Assembly (NCBI GenBank): GCA_013387215.1
Contig: WARW01000022.1
Coordinates: 238,417 to 302,416 of the forward strand
Length of the DNA: 64,000 nt
Direction: 5' to 3'
Source: Patescibacteria group bacterium
Lineage (GTDB): Bacteria > Patescibacteriota > Microgenomatia > UBA12405
Made by a program: the position numbers and the translations under genes. The notes under the pieces were generated by a model that had not been told where the DNA came from, ran no database searches, and was given only the letters and a program-made list of their open reading frames with translations. Every line of letters begins with the position of its first letter. The stretch's first letter is position 1. Of this stretch, positions 41,223 to 51,201 are shown piece after piece.

Positions 41223-42081
41223 TTATAAACCTAGTTCTTTGAGTAATTGTTTTTGATGACTGGTTAAATGAGACGGAACTTCAACTAAAAGTCTGATGTA
41301 AAAATCTCCCTGTCCATAGCCATTAACATCACGAATCCCCTTGCCTCTCAATCGAATTAAAGTGTTTGGCTGTGTGCCAGCTTTGACCCGGACTTTTAAG
41401 GAACCATCAAGTGTAGGCACTTCCAAGTCGGTGCCAAGAGCGGCTTGTGTGAAACTAATATTAATATTTATGAAAACATCATTACCATCGCGCTTGAAAA
41501 CTTTATCAGGTTTGACGTCAATATAAAGAATAAAATCATTAAAACGAATTCGCTGACCATCATCGACACCAGCAGGAATTTTGATTTTTTTGCGTTTGCC
41601 ATCAATTTCAACTTCCTTTTCCACGCCTTTGACGGCTTCTAAAAATGAAATTTCAACCCGATAGGTTTGAAGTCTTTGACTGGTTCGACGAGAGCCGCCG
41701 CCAGTGCCGAAAAATTGTTCAAAAATATCGAAAGGATTGGAAAATCCTCCGAAATCAAAATCAGCGTTACCAAAAGGATTTGAACCAGAGCTGGTATAAG
41801 TGTAATTAAAAGGACCATTTTGCTGAGTATAAGTGTGACCACCAAAACCGCCTGAAGACGGGTCAAAAGCAGCATGTCCAAATTGATCATATGCGGATTT
41901 TTTTTTGATCATTGCTTAAAACCTCATAAGCTTCATTGATCTCTTTGAACTTTTCTTCAGCATCAGGTTCTTTGTTTCTGTCCGGATGAAATTTTAAAGC
42001 CATCTTACGATAGGCCGTTTTAATTTCGTCTTTGGTGGCGTTTTTGGAAACACCCAGTAATTCGTAAAAATCTTTTTTCAT
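41223..42081 (-). CDS. dnaJ: DnaJ-family chaperone (no zinc finger), frameshifted at an A9 run (41898-41906)
   Basis: J domain (HPD) in 41887-42081, G/F-rich and C-terminal domain in another frame 41223-41912. Removing one A restores [11 protein letters not shown]. Confidence 0.9.
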
Positions 42082-42096
42082 TTTTGTTCATTATCG

Positions 42097-42117
42097 GGGC
42101 GCGGAAACCGCGCCCCT
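42097..42117. other. GC-rich intergenic hairpin between dnaK and dnaJ
   Basis: GGGGCGCGG-AAA-CCGCGCCCC. Confidence 0.6.
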
Positions 42118-42131
42118 AGATAACTATCTTT

Positions 42132-44033
42132 TTATTTTACTATTTCGCCTTCTTCTGGTTCAGTATCAGATTTTTTCTGATCGCCTTGACCTTCGGCTGG
42201 ACCACCATTGGCACCTGGCTGAGGTGGTTGTTGCTGCTGATAAATAGCAGCACCAACGGTTTGAAGAATTTGATTTAATTCTTCAGAAGCCTTATCAAAA
42301 TCATCTTTCTTAGCATCAGTTTTAGCTAAAAGATCTTTGGCAGCTTTAACTTTTTCTTCAATTTTAGCCTTATCTTCGGCTTTAACTTTATCGCCGAAAT
42401 CTTTTAAGGTTTTTTCTGCAGAAAAGATTGTACCATCAAGTTTATTTTTAGCTTCGACTAGAAGATGTTTCTCTTCATCTTCGCGAGCGTGGGCTTCCGC
42501 ATCCTTTTTCATTTGTTCAATTTCTTCTTCTTTAAGATTGGTGGCATTTTGAATAGTAATGCGCTGCTCTTTGTTGGTACCTTTATCTTTAGCACTGACA
42601 CTTAAAATGCCGTTGCTATCGATATCGAAAGTAACTTCGATTTGAGGAGTGCCTCGAGGTGCAGGTGGAATACCATCTAAAATGAATCGGCCTAGAGTTT
42701 TATTGTCGGCAGCCATTGGACGTTCACCTTGCAAGACATTGATTTCTACTTGAGGCTGACTGTCAGCATATGTAGTGAATACTTGAGATTTTTTGGTAGG
42801 AACGGTAGTATTTCGTTCAATAAGTGGAGTTCGAACACCACCGGCAGTTTCAATACCAAGGGTTAATGGAGTGACATCCAAAAGAACGACATCTTTGACT
42901 TCTCCAGTTAAAACAGCTCCCTGAACAGCAGCACCAACAGCAACAACTTCATCAGGATTAACGGTATTATTTAAATCTTTACCGAAATAGTTTTTGACTA
43001 CTTCCTGAACTTTTGGCATGCGGGTCATGCCTCCGACCATGATAATTTCTTTGATGTCTGATTTAGAAACACCAGCATCTTTGAGAGCTTTTTCGACAGG
43101 TCCAATAGTTCTTTGAATTAAATCATCAACTAATCTTTCCAATTCAGAGCGGGTTAGCTTAGTAGTTAAGTGCAAAGGCTGTCCGTCTTTTTGAGTGATG
43201 AATGGAAGATTAATTTCAGTTTCTTGAGCTGAAGATAATTCAATTTTAGCTTTTTCAGCAGCTTCACGAACACGCTGTAAAGCTTGCGGATCTTTAGCCA
43301 AATCAACTCCATTTTCTTTTTGGAAGGTTTCCAAAATCCAAGCAATGATTTTTTGATCAAAATCATCACCGCCAAGGAAAGTATCACCGTTAGTGGCTTT
43401 GACTTCAAAAATACCACCACCGATTTCGAGAATGGAAATATCAAAAGTTCCACCTCCTAAATCATAAACAGCAACGAGCTCATTGCCTTTTTTGTCTAAA
43501 CCATAGGCTAAAGCAGCAGCAGTTGGTTCATTGACTATTCTTTGAACATTAAGTCCTGCGATTTCACCAGCTTGTTTAGTAGCTTGTCGTTGAGAATCAT
43601 CGAAATAAGCAGGAACGGTAATAACAGCATCAGTAACTTTTTCACCTAAATATTTTTCAGCATCAGCTTTGGCTTTTTGCAAAATCATAGCTGAAATTTC
43701 TTGAGGAGTATAAGATTTGCCACTGATTTCGACAGATGCAGTATTGTCTTTACCGGCAACAATTTTGTATGGAACAACCGATTGAGTTCTTTTAACTTCA
43801 GGATCATCAATACGGCGACCCATCAAACGTTTAACACTATAAACGGTGTTTTGAGGATTTAACACCATTTGTCTTTTGGCTAAATCGCCAACTAATTTTT
43901 TGACTGGTTCAACAACAGAAGGAATAATATTTCTGCCTTCTGAGGTTAATATAACTTTTGGATTACCACCTTCCATCACTGCAACGCAGGAGTTGGTAGT
44001 TCCTAAATCGATTCCGATTATTTTGTTTGCCAT
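42132..44033 (-). CDS. dnaK: Chaperone DnaK
   Basis: [28 protein letters not shown]. Confidence 0.98.
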   Translation of the reverse strand: MANKIIGIDLGTTNSCVAVMEGGNPKVILTSEGRNIIPSVVEPVKKLVGDLAKRQMVLNPQNTVYSVKRLMGRRIDDPEVKRTQSVVPYKIVAGKDNTASVEISGKSYTPQEISAMILQKAKADAEKYLGEKVTDAVITVPAYFDDSQRQATKQAGEIAGLNVQRIVNEPTAAALAYGLDKKGNELVAVYDLGGGTFDISILEIGGGIFEVKATNGDTFLGGDDFDQKIIAWILETFQKENGVDLAKDPQALQRVREAAEKAKIELSSAQETEINLPFITQKDGQPLHLTTKLTRSELERLVDDLIQRTIGPVEKALKDAGVSKSDIKEIIMVGGMTRMPKVQEVVKNYFGKDLNNTVNPDEVVAVGAAVQGAVLTGEVKDVVLLDVTPLTLGIETAGGVRTPLIERNTTVPTKKSQVFTTYADSQPQVEINVLQGERPMAADNKTLGRFILDGIPPAPRGTPQIEVTFDIDSNGILSVSAKDKGTNKEQRITIQNATNLKEEEIEQMKKDAEAHAREDEEKHLLVEAKNKLDGTIFSAEKTLKDFGDKVKAEDKAKIEEKVKAAKDLLAKTDAKKDDFDKASEELNQILQTVGAAIYQQQQPPQPGANGGPAEGQGDQKKSDTEPEEGEIVK

Positions 44034-44061
44034 ATTTTTTAATAATTATTAATTGATAAAG

Positions 44062-44544
44062 TTAGTTTTTGCCCACAACTACTTGGGCAGGACGAATAAC
44101 ATGTCCATTTAATTTATAACCATTTTTTTTGACTTCAAGAACTTTATTTTCATCGCCTTGTCTGACTTCAATACATTCCATTAATTCCGGGTCAAAATCC
44201 TCGCCTTCTGCTTTAATTTCTTCCAATCCTTCGGACTTTAATACTTGTAGAAGTTTGTCGATACCCATTTTTAAGCCCATGTCTTTTAAATGATTTTGGG
44301 CTAAATAAAGATCATCTAAAACTTCAACCATTCTCGAAATGATGGCAGTGGTGGCTAAAGTGACAAAAAGCTGTCGTTGAGATTCAATTCTTTTCTCAAG
44401 ATTTGAATAATCAGCAAGAGACCTTTTTAGTTTGTCTTCAAGCTCAGCTGCTTTCTGTTCCATTTTAATTAATTTTTCATCTGCCTCCGTTTGATTTGGA
44501 GTTAAGTTTTGTGCCATATCGGCTTTACGTTTGGTATGTGGCAT
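44062..44544 (-). CDS. grpE: Nucleotide exchange factor GrpE
   Basis: ADYSN..KR, FDP, GY......RPA.V. Confidence 0.93.
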   Translation of the reverse strand: MPHTKRKADMAQNLTPNQTEADEKLIKMEQKAAELEDKLKRSLADYSNLEKRIESQRQLFVTLATTAIISRMVEVLDDLYLAQNHLKDMGLKMGIDKLLQVLKSEGLEEIKAEGEDFDPELMECIEVRQGDENKVLEVKKNGYKLNGHVIRPAQVVVGKN

Positions 44545-44553
44545 ATATAAGGA

Positions 44554-45288
44554 TTAACGACTAATAGTAGAGAGTAATTCAGCGAAATAATCAACAACGG
44601 GAACAACAACCTGGTATCGGAATCGGGCTGGACCAACAATTCCTAGGATACCGCGATGTGGGCCAGCTTCATAAGTTTGGAAAACGAAACCGCACGGCTC
44701 CAGATGTTCCATTCCTAAATCTTCACCGATTAAAAGGTGAATAATTTCTTCGGATCCTTGATGAATTCCAGCCTTATTGACGATATCAAACCAAAAATTG
44801 GTATTATCCATTAAAGATAAAACTGTTTTAGTGACATCAATGTTATAGAACTCCGGTTCTTCCAATAAATTTGAAGCACCACAACAATAAATTGAACCTT
44901 GGTCGGTGGTAGCAATAGCCATGGAACGAGTCTTAACAGCTAGTTCTTTAGTGGTTTCTTTAATTAATTTTTCAAATTCATTTCGATAATTCCAGATTTT
45001 TTCTTTGGCGCCAACTTCTTCGCTGATTGACATGTTTTTAGGTGTCATTAAGTTGCGAACATAATATTTCAGACCCATAGAAGTTGGACAACGGCCAGCT
45101 GACAAATGGCCTTTTTTTAGAAAACCAAGTTGAGTTAAAGAGGACATCTCATTTCTGATCGTTGCAGAGGAGATTCCTAAACTGAATTTTTTTTCTAGAG
45201 TTTCAGAACCAACTGGAGAGGCTGTCTCAATAAATTCTTCTGTAATACATTTTAGAATCTTGATTTGCCGTTGAGTTAAATCTGACAT
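44554..45288 (-). CDS. hrcA: Heat-inducible repressor HrcA
   Basis: PVGS, SSATIRNEM, H.SAGR.PT, GIVGP.R..Y. Confidence 0.93.
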   Translation of the reverse strand: MSDLTQRQIKILKCITEEFIETASPVGSETLEKKFSLGISSATIRNEMSSLTQLGFLKKGHLSAGRCPTSMGLKYYVRNLMTPKNMSISEEVGAKEKIWNYRNEFEKLIKETTKELAVKTRSMAIATTDQGSIYCCGASNLLEEPEFYNIDVTKTVLSLMDNTNFWFDIVNKAGIHQGSEEIIHLLIGEDLGMEHLEPCGFVFQTYEAGPHRGILGIVGPARFRYQVVVPVVDYFAELLSTISR

Positions 45289-45289
45289 A

Positions 45290-45316
45290 TTAGCAATATA
45301 ATATGTCGAGTGCTAA
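45290..45316. promoter_or_regulatory. CIRCE operator
   Basis: TTAGCAATA-N9-GAGTGCTAA immediately upstream of hrcA, with TTGACA at 45321-45326 (minus). Confidence 0.88.
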
Positions 45317-45351
45317 TGAGTGTCAAGGGGTAAATTCTTATAATAAAAATG

Positions 45352-45395
45352 AAAAAGCCGATAGTGTTTTAGTGTGATACTAAAGCATATCGGCT
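45352..45395 (-). terminator. Terminator of unit D
   Basis: AGCCGATA/TATCGGCT stem plus U-tract. Confidence 0.75.
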
Positions 45396-45418
45396 CGGAT
45401 AATCAGGGCTTTTGAAAA

Positions 45419-45682
45419 TTAAAAAATATTTTGAGGGGTAACAATTTTGCCAGTTTCGATTGCTTGACGATATCTTGCCTCATCTGAGGATAAAATCCAC
45501 AGACCGTGAGAAAAGTTTGAACCGTAATACTGTTTGATTCCTTGATCTTCAATCTGTTTCAAAAAATTGGCAATGTCGAGGCGATCTTGGTCGATTCCAC
45601 CAGGATAAAAAGAAAAAATGCAGGTAGTATTTTTGCGTCTGATTTCTTTGAGACTAATACCATTAAGGCAAAACTGATTCAT
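45419..45682 (-). CDS. Hypothetical protein (unit D)
   Basis: ORF with AAAGGGAG SD. Confidence 0.6.
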   Translation of the reverse strand: MNQFCLNGISLKEIRRKNTTCIFSFYPGGIDQDRLDIANFLKQIEDQGIKQYYGSNFSHGLWILSSDEARYRQAIETGKIVTPQNIF

Positions 45683-45712
45683 AAGAAAACAACTCCCTTT
45701 CGTTTTTTATTT

Positions 45713-46003
45713 TTATAGATTATTGAGATCGATTTTTTTCAATTTTAGTTGACTATCTTTGGAAACTACCTGAAAAAGTGTATCCGTTAAAGTGACGGTG
45801 TCTTCTTCAAAAATAGAGAAAATCAAGTTGTTGTCTAAATAAAAATCTACAGATGATTCGCCAAAAGCAACATCAATTCGGGTTTTTCCTGCAATATTAG
45901 TACAGATATTTTGACTGCCAGTTAAGGTTAGATTAAAAGGTGTTTCGACAAATCTTTTCAACAATAGGTAGTTTGTGGCCATTAAAGTTGCCCATCGAGA
46001 CAT
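45713..46003 (-). CDS. Hypothetical protein (unit D)
   Basis: ORF with TAAGGAGGTGA SD. Confidence 0.65.
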   Translation of the reverse strand: MSRWATLMATNYLLLKRFVETPFNLTLTGSQNICTNIAGKTRIDVAFGESSVDFYLDNNLIFSIFEEDTVTLTDTLFQVVSKDSQLKLKKIDLNNL

Positions 46004-46025
46004 ACATACTCACCTCCTTAAAACA

Positions 46026-46083
46026 CAAAAGCCTGATTATTAAAGAACAAAAATTGTCTATCTTGCGTATAAAATAGCAATTT
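46026..46083 (-). promoter_or_regulatory. Hairpin + boxA-like GTTCTTTAA + 5' arm (unit D)
   Basis: boxA 46040-46048. Arm 46026-46040 is complementary to 45399-45414 with one bulge. Confidence 0.75.
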
Positions 46084-46110
46084 GTAAGTAGCAGATCTTA
46101 TCATATTTCC

Positions 46111-46163
46111 AAAAAAAATGCCGACTGGAGTTTGAATATTAATATTCAAAACCTATCGGCATT
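46111..46163 (-). terminator. Terminator of unit E
   Basis: AATGCCGA/TCGGCATT long stem plus U-tract. Confidence 0.75.
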
Positions 46164-46203
46164 GTGATAATTTATCAACTTAAATGGAAAGAAAAATATC
46201 GTA

Positions 46204-46590
46204 TTACGAAAAAAACTGTCGGCCAGCATAAAGAATAGAGTTTTGAATCGCATAATCAATTCCAGCAATCTGTAGCAAAAAACTGCTTTCTAATGCAGGA
46301 AGCTCGACATTGTTGAACTTAAGGACGATTATGGCTGGATAATTAAGTTTCTTTAGATCTACGGGTTTGACGTTTTTCCTGAGGGCTTTTTTGATGCAAT
46401 CAAAATAATCATACGAAACCGAAATTTTGTTTCTTTCGTCCAGATTGTAGTCCTGACCTGCTGAATACAAAAGAGATTTTATTTTTTCCGGATTCAGTTT
46501 GACAGCATCTTTGTTTGGCATTCCTAATACCACTATCTCTAAGAGATTAGGGTTGTTTAGACTGTCTTTGGGAACATTATGACCTGTCAT
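46204..46590 (-). CDS. Hypothetical protein (unit E)
   Basis: AAAGGAGGTG SD before ATG 46590. Confidence 0.65.
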   Translation of the reverse strand: MTGHNVPKDSLNNPNLLEIVVLGMPNKDAVKLNPEKIKSLLYSAGQDYNLDERNKISVSYDYFDCIKKALRKNVKPVDLKKLNYPAIIVLKFNNVELPALESSFLLQIAGIDYAIQNSILYAGRQFFS

Positions 46591-46604
46591 ATTAACACCT
46601 CCTT

Positions 46605-46700
46605 TCATCGATACTGACCGGCTATTAAGCAAGCACCATAAATCAAGATTGAGCCTATCAGTAAAAATATCCCAGCGATTAGAAATATTCTCCGTTTCAC
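46605..46700 (-). CDS. 31 aa hydrophobic peptide (unit E)
   Basis: GTG start after AAGGGAG; MKRRIFLIAGIFLLIGSILIYGACLIAGQYR. Confidence 0.55.
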   Translation of the reverse strand: MKRRIFLIAGIFLLIGSILIYGACLIAGQYR

Positions 46701-46704
46701 AAGA

Positions 46705-46839
46705 TCAACTCCCTTCATTTCTCTTTTCCAATGTGACTTTTTCCGGAATATAGGCAAAAAATAATCCGACAGAGTACACTTGAAAACTGGAACACAACAA
46801 AACTAAAACCAACAAACAAGACAAAATCTTTCGATTCAT
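46705..46839 (-). CDS. 44 aa hydrophobic peptide (unit E)
   Basis: AAAGGAGG SD; MNRKILSCLLVLVLLCSSFQVYSVGLFFAYIPEKVTLEKRNEGS. Confidence 0.6.
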   Translation of the reverse strand: MNRKILSCLLVLVLLCSSFQVYSVGLFFAYIPEKVTLEKRNEGS

Positions 46840-46860
46840 TTTCAAATCCCCTCCTTTTAT

Positions 46861-46932
46861 ATTTAGTTGATAGATTTTAAAAGAACGACTAATAAATTAT
46901 TATTCTTTGCAAAATTAAAGAATTGATTTATT
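46861..46932 (-). promoter_or_regulatory. Hairpin + boxA-like GTTCTTTTAA + 5' arm (unit E)
   Basis: boxA 46877-46886. Arm 46861-46876 is complementary to 46169-46185. Confidence 0.7.
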
Positions 46933-47064
46933 TTTGGTTAATTGCCAAAGAAAAAAAGTCAAAAAAACTGCTTTTCTTTTGTAATTAAAATATAAAATCC
47001 GTAAAACTAATGTGTGCCCTAAAAAGGGAGAGAATTGAGCAGAAGCCCAATCCTCTTTTTGTTT

Positions 47065-47565
47065 TCAGTTCAAAAACTGATCAAGGTGGTTTAACAAGTG
47101 GTCAAGCTTCAACAACACTGTAGGAATTTGATCGGAATATTTAAGTTCAAGGCAAAACTCGACAACATAAGCATCAGTAATAATGCGATCGATGTCTTGA
47201 GTCAAAGTCTCATTCATCTTTTGAAGATATTTTTGATCTTCTTTTCCGGTTCGACGACGAAGCCAAGATTCAAAATTTTTGACTTCATCATCCCTTTCAT
47301 ATTGAGGAAATAATTCCCAAGCCGCAGCCGTTCTTCTAGAGAATAATCCCGGATTTCCAGTCATATCCAAAAGAGCATCAATTGTTGATAAACGATAATT
47401 GTTTATTTCTTCCTCTGCCAATGGATTACTCTCGATTTTAACGTAATAATCGGCAAGTATAGCAACTGCTTTATTGAGCATCTCGTCGGTTATTTTAGTA
47501 AAACCTATTCTTTTGGAAAAGAAATCAACCAGATATAAATAAGATTCTGAAATATTTGTCAACAT
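47065..47565 (-). CDS. Hypothetical helical protein (unit F)
   Basis: TAAGGAG SD, 166 aa. Confidence 0.7.
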   Translation of the reverse strand: MLTNISESYLYLVDFFSKRIGFTKITDEMLNKAVAILADYYVKIESNPLAEEEINNYRLSTIDALLDMTGNPGLFSRRTAAAWELFPQYERDDEVKNFESWLRRRTGKEDQKYLQKMNETLTQDIDRIITDAYVVEFCLELKYSDQIPTVLLKLDHLLNHLDQFLN

Positions 47566-47637
47566 AAAAAAACACTCCTTATAATTTTTATTTTGAAACT
47601 TTCTACTTATATTTTTCTAATGAGTGTTTATGAAGCG

Positions 47638-47748
47638 TTACCACAATTTATCTAAACCCCAAATCATGAATGTCAAAAACAATGACAAGCCAAATAGGAT
47701 TATTAGCGCAATTTTTTCATTTCGGTTGTATTTTTTAAAATGTTTCAT
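47638..47748 (-). CDS. 36 aa single-TM peptide (unit F)
   Basis: AGAGGTGA SD; MKHFKKYNRNEKIALIILFGLSLFLTFMIWGLDKLW. Confidence 0.6.
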   Translation of the reverse strand: MKHFKKYNRNEKIALIILFGLSLFLTFMIWGLDKLW

Positions 47749-47759
47749 GTTCTCACCTC

Positions 47760-48143
47760 TTAAAATAATGATTTCTGACTCCACTGATTAAAAACAGCAA
47801 GGTCTTCATCACCAAATAAAGCTTGATAACATTCGTTTCTAACCAAAAGAGATTCATCGAGCTCTAAAAAATCCAAAACCCAATAAATCGTTTCGGTTTT
47901 TAGTTTAAAAATAGTGTCTTGAGACTCACGATCATCATAAGTTTTAATGTCGATTCGATGCAGTGTTTTGATTAATGCATCAATTGCTTCGTCCGCTTCT
48001 TGATATTTTTTTAGTCCTAAGTGTTTAGCAAGATATTCCAGCGCGTTTTGATGAGCTTTTGGGAAATAAATTACCTTAAAGTTCTCAGCTCCGCCCATTT
48101 TTTCGATGAGTGTAGAGTAAAACTCCTTTTCGTGATTAGACAT
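47760..48143 (-). CDS. Hypothetical helical protein (unit F)
   Basis: GAGAGGTG SD before ATG 48143. Confidence 0.7.
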   Translation of the reverse strand: MSNHEKEFYSTLIEKMGGAENFKVIYFPKAHQNALEYLAKHLGLKKYQEADEAIDALIKTLHRIDIKTYDDRESQDTIFKLKTETIYWVLDFLELDESLLVRNECYQALFGDEDLAVFNQWSQKSLF

Positions 48144-48200
48144 ATGCAACACCTCTCTTTTTATTCCAAAAATATTTCTATTTTTGGTATGTACACAAAG

Positions 48201-48250
48201 AGTTTTACGGATTTTTAAAGAACAAACCTTTTTTTAAAGCGCTTTGCTTT
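48201..48250 (-). promoter_or_regulatory. Hairpin + boxA-like GTTCTTTAA + 5' arm (unit F)
   Basis: boxA 48215-48223. Arm 48201-48215 is perfectly complementary to 46994-47008. Confidence 0.8.
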
Positions 48251-48342
48251 TAAAAGTTTTTAATTTAATGATAATTAAATTATGTGCCGTATATATACTC
48301 TTAATTACCAATGAAATCAAGATATAGGTTATATTTTTTATA

Positions 48343-48645
48343 TCAGCGGACAAAAACCAGAAGGACTACAAACAACCCAGTTAATAAAATGAAGCTAAGC
48401 AAAGCCAACTGATGAAAGAAGAGAAGCAAAATAAGTCCAAGAATATATATAGATATTATAAAATTTATTTTGAAGCGTTTTAAAAAAATGTATATTGTGG
48501 ATAAAACAGCGGTAAACAAAAGTATAAAAAATATTATTTTTGCAGCCAGAGTGCTAGGAGCAACAGTGCAAAAAAATATAATCCAAGAAAGCCAAATTAC
48601 AGAACAGATGATTGGCCAATAATATAGTTTTTCGGTTTTATTCAT
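48343..48645 (-). CDS. Small multi-pass membrane protein
   Basis: Hydrophobic 100 aa ORF downstream of rmuC. Confidence 0.6.
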   Translation of the reverse strand: MNKTEKLYYWPIICSVIWLSWIIFFCTVAPSTLAAKIIFFILLFTAVLSTIYIFLKRFKINFIISIYILGLILLLFFHQLALLSFILLTGLFVVLLVFVR

Positions 48646-48648
48646 GCT

Positions 48649-49866
48649 TTAGTCAAATAATTGTTTTGGCTCATCTGAAATTTTTTCGCTAGGTTTTTCT
48701 GAATCGGGCAAAGCTTGTTGAACTTTATTAAGTTTAGTAACAATAGTTCGCGACTTGGAACTGGCATCTTCAATAACATTACTGGCTTCCTGAAGTTTCT
48801 TTTGAGTCTTAGTTAAAAGCTCACCAAAGATTCCAAATTCTTTGCGGACGGTTCCCAAAACCGACCAGACTTCTGAAGATCTCTTTTCGACAATTAAAGT
48901 TCTGAAGCCCATTTGCAAACTATTTAGCAAGGCAGTAATGGTGTTTGGACCAGCAATGGTGACTCGGTATTGACGCTGTAAAGTATCAATTAAGTTCTGT
49001 TTTTGGGCAATTTCGGCATATAAACCTTCGACTGGCAAATATAAAATGGCAAAATCGGTGGTGTGAGGCGGATCAATATATTTATCAAAAATGCATTTGG
49101 CTTCTGATTTAACTCGGTTTTCCAGGGCTTTGGATAATAATTCTATTTGAACTAAATCGACCGATTCTTGGGCTTTAATGAGAGCCTGATAATCTTCAAG
49201 AGGGAATTTGGAATCGATAGGCAACCAGCATTGTTTTTTATCATCATCTTTTCCAGGAAGTTTGATGGCAAATTCAACTCGGTCGGCACTCCCCTGTTTG
49301 ACGGCCACATTTTTATCATACTGATCATTGGTTAAAATTTGTTCCAAAAGACTGTTTAGTTGAACTTCTCCCCAAGTTCCGCGAACTTTGACATTGGAAA
49401 GAACTTTTTTCAAATCACCTACTCCAACTGCTAGTGTCTGCATTTCACCAAGACCTTTGTAGACTGATTCGAGCTGAGTGCTGACTTGTTTGAAGGATTC
49501 ACCAAGACGTTTTTCCAAAGTCGATTGAAGTTTTTCATCAACAGTGGCCCGCATTTTTTCCAATTGGTCGGAATTATCTTTTTGAATTAATTGCAGCCGT
49601 TTTTCAACTGATTCTCTGACTTGATTAAGATTTAAATTGATATGGTTAACTAATTGATCTAGTTTCATGGAGAAATTATTGAAAGAAGACCCTAGTTCTT
49701 GGCGGTTTAAAGAAAATTCTTCTTTAGTTACCTTTTCATTTCTGTCCTGTATTTCGGTTAATTTTTTAATTATTTCATCGGTGCGGTCGGAAGATTTTCG
49801 ATTTATTAATAAAAATAAAACGAGAGCGTTTAAAACTAATGAAATTATCAGTAAAATTGTGACCAT
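48649..49866 (-). CDS. rmuC: DNA recombination protein RmuC
   Basis: K.RG.WGE.QL, IDSKFP, KYI.PP.TTDFA..YLP.E. Confidence 0.92.
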   Translation of the reverse strand: MVTILLIISLVLNALVLFLLINRKSSDRTDEIIKKLTEIQDRNEKVTKEEFSLNRQELGSSFNNFSMKLDQLVNHINLNLNQVRESVEKRLQLIQKDNSDQLEKMRATVDEKLQSTLEKRLGESFKQVSTQLESVYKGLGEMQTLAVGVGDLKKVLSNVKVRGTWGEVQLNSLLEQILTNDQYDKNVAVKQGSADRVEFAIKLPGKDDDKKQCWLPIDSKFPLEDYQALIKAQESVDLVQIELLSKALENRVKSEAKCIFDKYIDPPHTTDFAILYLPVEGLYAEIAQKQNLIDTLQRQYRVTIAGPNTITALLNSLQMGFRTLIVEKRSSEVWSVLGTVRKEFGIFGELLTKTQKKLQEASNVIEDASSKSRTIVTKLNKVQQALPDSEKPSEKISDEPKQLFD

Positions 49867-49957
49867 AGTTGATTTTACACTAAGGCTTGAACGCAAAGAA
49901 ACGGATTAATTTTTTGTAATTATTGACACATACATATAAATTGGTTTAGTATTAATT

Positions 49958-50611
49958 ATGACAATAAATACTGCTGAATTAAATCAAATACAAAGTGCTG
50001 AAATTACTGGAAATTCCGAAATAGTGGAAAAATCTAAGAAGGGATTGAAGGTATTAAAAGAAAAACTAGAAAAACTGGGCACAATAGAAAATCTAACCCC
50101 ACTAGATTCACGTCCTTTGGATCCATCTGAAGTACCTGCTTTTAATACAATTTGGAAAGATTTTACTTTTAGTGAAATGGAAAAATGGAGAGCATACTCT
50201 CGCATTCCCGATTGGGAAGGACTTTGGTCAGGACAGACTGATGAAAATGGATTAAGCACTGTCTATGAAATTCACGTAAAAAACGGTGGACATTTAGATA
50301 ATGATAAAGATGGAAAAAATAGAATAGATGAGGTTTTCATAATAAAGACTGTGGGCAGAATGGAAGAACTTGAGTTTTCTACAAAAGAGCCAATTACGAT
50401 TGAATCCGAATTTAAAAAACTAAATCATACACCACCGTTAGATATAAATACTGATGGAGGTTATCAGGTCGCAATTAGGTATGACAGTGCAAAAGGGCTT
50501 TCGAGCAGTACGGCTGAAAATATTAGGCTTGATGTGGGAGCTTCAAGGGACCGCTATGGTCTTCCGAGCGAACCAGAAAAACATATTCACAGTTTATATT
50601 ACAAACTGTAG
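49958..50611 (+). CDS. Hypothetical protein
   Basis: 217 aa ORF with TTGACA promoter upstream. Confidence 0.6.
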   Translation: MTINTAELNQIQSAEITGNSEIVEKSKKGLKVLKEKLEKLGTIENLTPLDSRPLDPSEVPAFNTIWKDFTFSEMEKWRAYSRIPDWEGLWSGQTDENGLSTVYEIHVKNGGHLDNDKDGKNRIDEVFIIKTVGRMEELEFSTKEPITIESEFKKLNHTPPLDINTDGGYQVAIRYDSAKGLSSSTAENIRLDVGASRDRYGLPSEPEKHIHSLYYKL

Positions 50612-51144
50612 TTTTTTTTCTGGATTATATTTTTAATCTCTTGCCTAATTGATTCGATTTGGGCGATTCTGTCATTATCTTCAACAATTTGTTCGGCAGT
50701 TCTTGGCTGATTTTCATTTAAATTATACTGATAAATGATACTATCAACACATCCAAATAGAGGTTGATCTAGGCTGGAAATTTGATCAGTAATGGCATGT
50801 TTAACAGTGCCATCATAAAGTGTAACCTCAACTGGAACAAATTTACGCCATCCTCCTACTTCTTCCCAATCTTTTAATTTGGAAAATTCTTCTGGTGTAA
50901 GCTGCCAAAAGATACCAGTAACCAACCCATTGCCAGGAATAATTGTATAAGCTAAAAATTTTTTTCCCCAGACTGTTTTAAGAATACTTTTAGCAGGTTC
51001 CGGTATTTGATTAAGGGTTTGGATAGCTAATTTGGAGTTATAAATCAGACCACCAATTTTTTTCTCCGGCAAGTGACCAATAATTTCCTTAATTCTATTT
51101 GGATTAGCATTAGCTCCATAACCAAAATAGGATATATAGTCCAT
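50599..51144 (-). CDS. Gamma-glutamylcyclotransferase-like protein
   Basis: YFGYGAN, V.G....L....L..WE. Confidence 0.6.
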   Translation of the reverse strand: MDYISYFGYGANANPNRIKEIIGHLPEKKIGGLIYNSKLAIQTLNQIPEPAKSILKTVWGKKFLAYTIIPGNGLVTGIFWQLTPEEFSKLKDWEEVGGWRKFVPVEVTLYDGTVKHAITDQISSLDQPLFGCVDSIIYQYNLNENQPRTAEQIVEDNDRIAQIESIRQEIKNIIQKKNYSL

Positions 51145-51201
51145 AAAAAAGTATAACAAAGTAATATTAGTTACATGGGAAGATGATATTTAAAATAGAA
51201 A

